NCBI RefSeq assembly: GCF_009914755.1
Contig: NC_060929.1
Strand: one strand, 5' to 3'
DNA length: 64,000 nucleotides
DNA from: the human T2T-CHM13v2.0 reference genome, Homo sapiens
Positions 57,390 through 64,000 of the stretch are shown here, in pieces (position 1 is the stretch's first letter; every line of letters starts with the position of its first letter). The notes below the pieces were generated by a model. It made no database searches. It saw only the letters and a program-made list of their open reading frames with translations, and was not told where the DNA came from. The translations under genes were made by a program, and so were the position numbers.

Positions 57390-58173
57390 CTGTTGATAGA
57401 AATGAAAAGGGAATTGTGGAGGTTACAGATGTGTGATAGGTAAATTATTATATATTAATATTATTTAAGTTATCAAAACCCAACACACAGGGTCTTACAG
57501 GCTCCAAAATCTTTTTAGGTGGTAATGCTTCCCAAGGCACTGGTATGTCAGATGACTGCTAAGAGGCATAGAGATCTAGTATTAAATTGTGGGTAATACT
57601 GATACCTTAAGACATTTTTTTTTTTTGAATTCTGATTACAGCCAGGACAAATTCTCAGCTTGGTGCTTGTCTTCAACTAACACTTGCTAACTGCCTTTTT
57701 AAAAATTAAAAAAAAGCCGGGGGGGCCAAATAAAAAGGTTCAGGCCTAGTGTTTCCAGCAGACAAGAGTATTTAGCTAAAAATTAGTAACGTTTTTATTT
57801 ATCTTATTTTGTTACTTTCTACTTATTAGTGATTTTCCAATTAAGTTATTGACATATTTTCTTTTAAAAATGTTAACATTAAAATGTGAGCTGATTTAAG
57901 GAGAAATAATATCAGTGTCATGCAGCTTTGGCAAAGTACTGTAATACAAATAACTGAAGTGCAAGACAAAAACACTTAGGGATACTAAATATGGGAGGTG
58001 ACTTTGTTTTAATGGTAAAGAGCTATTCAATGATGAAGCTTCTTCTTCTCAAATTCTCCATAGTTCTTTTCTCTAAATCTCAGAATGACTCTAAGCTTTG
58101 AGAATATTAGTTCTGTGTGGATAGAACACAATATTCAACAGAGAAACTGAAGAGATATAAAAAGGTGATTTTA

Positions 58174-58280
58174 GGCCGGGTACGGTGGCTCATGCCTGTA
58201 ATCCCAGAATTTTGGGAGGCCAAGCCCAGGAGTCTGAGACCAGCCTGCGCTACACATAGTGAAACTGTCTCTACAAAAAA
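58174..58280 (+). mobile_element. Alu left-monomer fragment
   Basis: GGCCGGGTACGGTGGCTCATGCCTGTAATCCCAG. Confidence 0.75.
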
Positions 58281-59169
58281 AATTTTTTTAAATGTTTATG
58301 TGATTTTATGAACTCATTTTCTCTATCCAACAAGTTCATTTTCTTATCCAGCAGTTATTCTTAACCTTAAAATCTATTTGTAGTAAATCTGGAGTAACTC
58401 TGAAAAAGAACTCAACCTACAAGGATGCACACTGAAGCATGGTCACAGTGAAAGCAAACGATAACGGTGACAGCTGACTTTATTTACAAACTCCAGTGCA
58501 TAACCTGGGTTCCTTCCAGGCTCAGCATCTGCGCTCAAACAATATAACCCCTATCTGTCTCTCCCCATCTTAATTATTTTCCAAAACAGTTAAGTTTTAA
58601 CAGTCAGGTCCAAATTCTCCTAAACAGGGTGAGTTTAAATGGTAAAAAGAGAAGAATTTCACAATTCAGCAAGGAGCTGAAAAAAGCTAAAATGGAGTAA
58701 AACCCACTCAGTTAACCTCATTCAGCTTGCCCAAATGACTAATAAGCAAACAAATGCAAGCAGAAATTTAAATGATTTTAAATGGATTAAAGGTTTTGGA
58801 GTGAGGCAGCTTCAATTCTTCTGGGAGGTATTCCACAAGAAAGTATGTGTCACGCCATCAGAGTCTGATTGCCACCAGATAGTCAGATATTTTAATTCAC
58901 TCTCTTGCTGATTCTAATTCTATACCCATCAAGCATCCTTCTAAGGTGGCTCTCAGCTCACTTTACAGAGGAAGAGAAGGCACTGATCAGGCCAAACAGC
59001 AATTCTAAAACTCTTGTTAGCGTCTCAATGGAAGTGAGCATTCATTCCGGTTTGATACAAATGGAGTCACTTCCATATGGGAACGTGACATGAATAACAG
59101 CACACATTTACTTGAGGCAAAAGGCCAAAACACAAACTTTCTTCATTAGAGCTATCAAGAAAAATTTAT

Positions 59170-59420
59170 GGCTGGACGCAGTGGCGCCTCATCCCTTGAG
59201 CCCAGGAATTCGAGACTGGCCTGGGCAACACGGCGAAACCCTGCCTTTACAAAAAATACAAAAAATTAGCCGCACATGGTGACTCGAGCCTGTAGTCCCA
59301 CCTACTGGGACAATCACTGGAGCCCAAGGAAGTCAAGGCTGCAGTGAGCCATGATCACGCCATTGCATACCAGTATGGGCGACAGTGAGACCCTGTCTCA
59401 AAAAAAAAAAAAAAAAGAAA
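59170..59420 (+). mobile_element. AluJ-like with internal deletions
   Basis: Diverged dimer with poly-A. Confidence 0.8.
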
Positions 59421-60379
59421 ATGTGTATTTCAAGTGCAGTTCTTCTGAAGCGTTCCGTCAAATACCAAAGTTGTATTTTAACCACATCAGGAACTCAGCT
59501 TGGTTAAGCATTTTTAAATCATAGCAAGCAAAATCACATCTGATGACCGAGCGTTATTATTATGACTCTCCATTACTATGAAGTTTTTTTCAAGACTTAT
59601 GTATCTTCTTCAGTTTTGTTTTTTCCTCTTCTACTGTAAGTCTGCTTACAACCAGCTAACCTCCAGCAAAACAGAACTCTCAAATTATCAGTTAATATGC
59701 AAACATTAAAATAAGAACGAGCTCCGTTGTGAGAGTCCAAAATTCTTCTCAAGTTCACTACTTCAAATGTAATTCAGCTGTTAGTCCCAGCCTCTGACCT
59801 CCCCCACTCACCCTGCAATGTTCAAAAATATTTTATCTGGAGGCACAAAGATCACCCGACCCACGTTCTACGTGGTAAGGTTCCTTCGCATACATAAAAA
59901 AGAAAAGCTATCTAGAATCATGACACTGCCTCTAATAAAGCATCCCACATGCTAGAGTAGGTATCTTTCAAAAAATAATGACACAATGGATCTCATATGT
60001 AGATCCATCGCCACTGCCCTTAAGATCCTGTAGTTCTTGACAACTTTACGCTACGTACATGGCTTAAAAACATCGAAACAGGTTATAAGTTTAGGATTGG
60101 ATGGCTCCAAGAGGACTGCATTTAATGGGTTACAAGCCTGTAGGGGTGTGTAAAAAGCACAATCGCACAGGACAGCTATGAGGCAAGACAAAGTGGCTGG
60201 CGAGTTCAGTTTGCGGGGCGGTTTCCTAAGGATCGGATAAGCCTATCTGGACTATTTAGGCAACCAGGGATAATAAGATGCAAAACCACCAGAAACGCAG
60301 GTTCGCTGCAACAATGTTGTGTTCAGCATAGCACAGAGGACTAGCCTCCGCAAATTTCCACCTCTCACAAGCAGCTACT

Positions 60380-61420
60380 GCCCTCAACCACCTGGATTTG
60401 CACGGACGCCCGGTCCCCACCTCCCGGCTCCTGGGCACCCGGCCAGTGCCTTTGGCGCACTCAAGACAGGGGCAAATGCTTGACTCTGGAAAACCCCCGA
60501 AACGCTACAAACGGCCCAGGCCAGGAATCCAGGGGAAGACTTGATCTCCGACAACACGAATGCCAGAGACGGCTCTCGAAGGGTCTCCCGACAGGTCCTA
60601 GCGCCCGCCGGCTGGAAGAGGTCCCGACAGGGTTAACCAACAGCCGCGCTCGCCAGGCAGCAGGGGACCGCGAGCCCACGGCCGGCCTCCGGAGCCGCGA
60701 CGCGAGCGGCCAGGGCCCTCAGAGAAGGGTCAGCGGCAGAACCGCGACGCCCGAGCAACTTTCGGTGCTGCCGGCGTGCACCAGCCGAGCAGCGCCTCGC
60801 AGAACTCCCAACTCAGCTCCAGAAGCCCAGGCCCCTAACGCGGTCGTTTCTCCGACACCTGGCTCGGAGACCTAAAGACCGACAGCCGCCTGTCCCAGCA
60901 CACACCATCTGCAACCCTACCTCCGCAAAAGCAAATGGCCCTTCGGCCGAGAAATGTCGCCAAACTGCCGTCTTCCCTCCTCGGCCGCTGCGACAAACAC
61001 CCCACAAAATGGCGGCAGCGCCGTCGCCCTAGAATCCCCCGAGTCGCCTCTAGCACCACCTACGCCGCGCGAACGCGCCTGCGTGACAGAACCTTGCGCG
61101 CTCCCGCCGCTCCACCTAAGGGCGGGGCTCCACGTGACGTAAGAGCGGGGCCCGAGCCTCCACACTGCGGCTGCGCGGCCCAAGCATTTCCACCCCCCGC
61201 CCCCCCGCCCACCCGGTCCCGGGGCCTCTAGGCCGGGAGGGTGTTTACGTTCTCTACGGGCTCGGGTGGAACCGGGAAGGAACGCCCGTGTCCCGCCCTC
61301 AGTGTGTACCGCGTGTCTGCCCCCTCCCCCGGGACCTCAACTCCCGCAGCCGGCACCCGACAACGGCCCCAAAACCGCCCAGGGCGGGCCTTGGCTGGTC
61401 CCTGGGCTGTTCCCTGGACT
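60380..61420. promoter_or_regulatory. CLK4 CpG-island promoter
   Basis: CpG-dense; GC box GGGCGGGG 61120-61127; overlapping E-box/CRE-like CACGTGACGTAA 61131-61142; YY1 motif CAAAATGGCGGC 61005-61016. Confidence 0.85.
60921..61060 (-). other. CLK4: CLK4 exon 1 (non-coding 5'UTR); TSS approximate
   Basis: Inside the CpG island; ends at donor GCGGAG|GTAGGG (60921/60920); no ATG; YY1 motif in the sense orientation. The 5' boundary is not resolvable from sequence. Confidence 0.7.
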
Positions 61421-63152
61421 GGGTGCTTGTCCTGCCCACTTGGCGCTTCCAGTCTAAGGTGGATTCGGACAAAGAGGCTGTCTCAGAAAACAAGCTCAAG
61501 GGGTGCTAATCTTTTCAAGGCACGTGCTCCTATTCAGAACAAAACAAAAACCCGGAGGTTTCAATGGAGACTCCTGACAAGGTTTTCCTGTTAGGATCCC
61601 TACCTCCTGAGCAGTTAAGGTCGCTGGAAGTTTCCCTAACGAAGTTTTCCCCATTTTTTTTTGTCCCTGCGGGCTGATTTTATTCAAGGCTGAAAAATGT
61701 CTCTGAGCTAGTGATAGTCCGTTATGGGGCTTGCTTACCTCAAATAAGGTATTCTGCAGTTCTGAGGACCCTCAGGCAGTTCCCCCGTGTAAGTATGTAA
61801 CATGAGAAATATTAGGGTCAAAGTCGGAGCCCTGTGGGGAACACTCAAGGGCCAGAGGGAAAGGGGCCTGAGAAGGAATGATCAGCAGAGGAGGAGAACC
61901 AAGAGTAGGGTGTCAAAGCAAGGAAGGGCGTAAGTGAGGGAAAGGGTTTAGGTGAGACTGAAGATCGTGGGGGGGGACGGCGGGCGGGGTGGGGGTTGGC
62001 TTCTGTATTCTGACGGGGATTCGCTGGATAAAAGGGAAAGCTAGAAATCAAATTTGGGAGGGTAGGGTTGAACTCTTGCGGGTATTAGCCCAGTAGCATG
62101 TGGGAGACCTGTTATCCTGTTAGGTGAAAGGAGGGAACGGAAATACCTTTAGTGATCTAACATGATAGAAACTTGTGCCATCTGGTTTGGGTAAGTAGGG
62201 TAAATTTAGATAAATCTCGGAGATTGTACAGCATTTCAAAAAGTAAGTTGAATTTTCATGGAGATTGCACTCCAAGAAGCGAAGTTGAAAAGAAACTTGG
62301 AAAACTGGAAGGGTAAACTCTTTATGCTACAGAATGAAACAAATGATATTATTTTCATCTAGAATAGCCACCATTTTTGCATCTACAAATTTAAATCTTA
62401 CTCATCCTTGAAAGGCCATTTCTTTAAGATGCTGTCTCTGACATGAGTTCCCACCCATTTCCCGGCTCCTGACTACTCCAGTTAGATGTGAAGTCCTCAA
62501 ATAGTGGAGTATTTGGAGCCACCTGGTATGCTAACAGATTTTGCCCAAAGAGTGAAATGTATTGGTTCTACAATTGATTACACATCCCGTCTCAAGGGAA
62601 TCTATTAGATAGAATGTTGAGCTGACTGGTCTGGGCGATAATACAAGGTAGAGTGGGGCTCAAATTGCAGCATATGAGAATGTAAATTCAAGCTGGCACC
62701 AAAGAATGTTCTCCTGTTTCATGGAGTAGGAGAGATCCTGCCTCCTGGGGTTATAAGAAAGTGTGGTCAGGACAGCCCACAATTCTGCTCAAAAAAGCAA
62801 CACTATGTTAAAAAGCAGCCACTTGAAATGCCACCTACAGAGGCCTTTATATTATAGACGTCACACACACTGTTACCCAATAGTAGAGTCTGCTTTGTAA
62901 TTACATTCATCTCGCTTTAGTGTTTTAATTTGTATGCCACCAAAAGGTCTAATGTTTAAAAGTGTGTAGTGATCAGAAGGAAGCTGAGAATGACTAGCAC
63001 CTCTATGCTATGTGATGCAGCACTATGGTGCCCCTAGTCACTCTCTGTGGCTTTGTGCTGAGTTTGGAGACAAGGACCTGATTTATATTGTCTTTGGTAT
63101 CTCAGGCCTAGAACCCAGTAAATATTTGTAGGTTGTTTACATAAGCTGCTTT

Positions 63153-63350
63153 GGGCCATTTTGCTCAGTTGGTTTAAGGTCAAAGTGAGTAAGTTAAAGG
63201 TAGACATTTCATCCCAGCATCACTGCACCAGTTAGCTTACCACCCTTTCGTGGCAGCCTCAACCCTTCCTATTAAGTCAGTTACCTGGCAAGACTTAATG
63301 AAAAGGTTTATCTAAATTTCTGAGAATCTACTACCAATACCAGAAACACT
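63153..63350 (+). mobile_element. Ancient tRNA-derived SINE relic (MamSINE1-like)
   Basis: A-box-like GCTCAGTTGGT, then CCAGTTAGCTT and a 3' CTACTACCAATACCAGAAA tail resembling MamSINE1. Confidence 0.4.
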
Positions 63351-63438
63351 GCCTAATCCAGTGGTTTCATCTCTACACAAGAACAGTATGTCCAAAAAAA
63401 CCTTTGAGTTAACTGATGTGTCCAAGCAGCTAGTCAAA

Positions 63439-64000
<562 letters not shown>

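Noticed and set aside
59986-60008. 8-bp perfect hairpin ATGGATCT-catatgt-AGATCCAT
   Set aside because: Too short to exceed chance expectation in 64 kb.
63153-63215. Possible tRNA gene (A-box-like GCTCAGTTGGT)
   Set aside because: No intact B-box or cloverleaf; better explained as an ancient SINE relic.

Overview
Human/primate genomic DNA that I recognise as the 5q35.3 COL23A1-CLK4 locus. It holds the complete CLK4 gene on the minus strand: a non-coding exon 1 at a CpG-island promoter (~61 kb) and 12 coding exons totalling 1446 nt, i.e. a 481-aa LAMMER kinase, with all junctions GT-AG. About 12-13 kb downstream on the same strand lie the CpG-island promoter and first coding exon of COL23A1 (98 codons: cytoplasmic tail plus transmembrane helix), and the left 24 kb is COL23A1 intron 1. 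The rest is Alu, L1, MaLR/ERV-L and DNA-transposon relics, a 7SK pseudogene and a ~1.2-kb 31-bp VNTR. The most interesting unexplained signals are: (i) around regulated CLK4 exon 4, an 11-bp GC-rich intron3-intron4 helix that would loop the exon out, a 229-nt AG-free zone and five CUGAAU motifs; (ii) a candidate poison-exon pair with a 72-nt mini-intron in CLK4 intron 2; (iii) an intronic CpG island in COL23A1 built from a long inverted repeat enclosing what looks like an AT-to-GC-shifted MLT1 LTR; (iv) a VNTR whose unit is CTCF-motif-like and hairpin-forming. Repeat family names come from remembered consensus sequences, and their boundaries are approximate.
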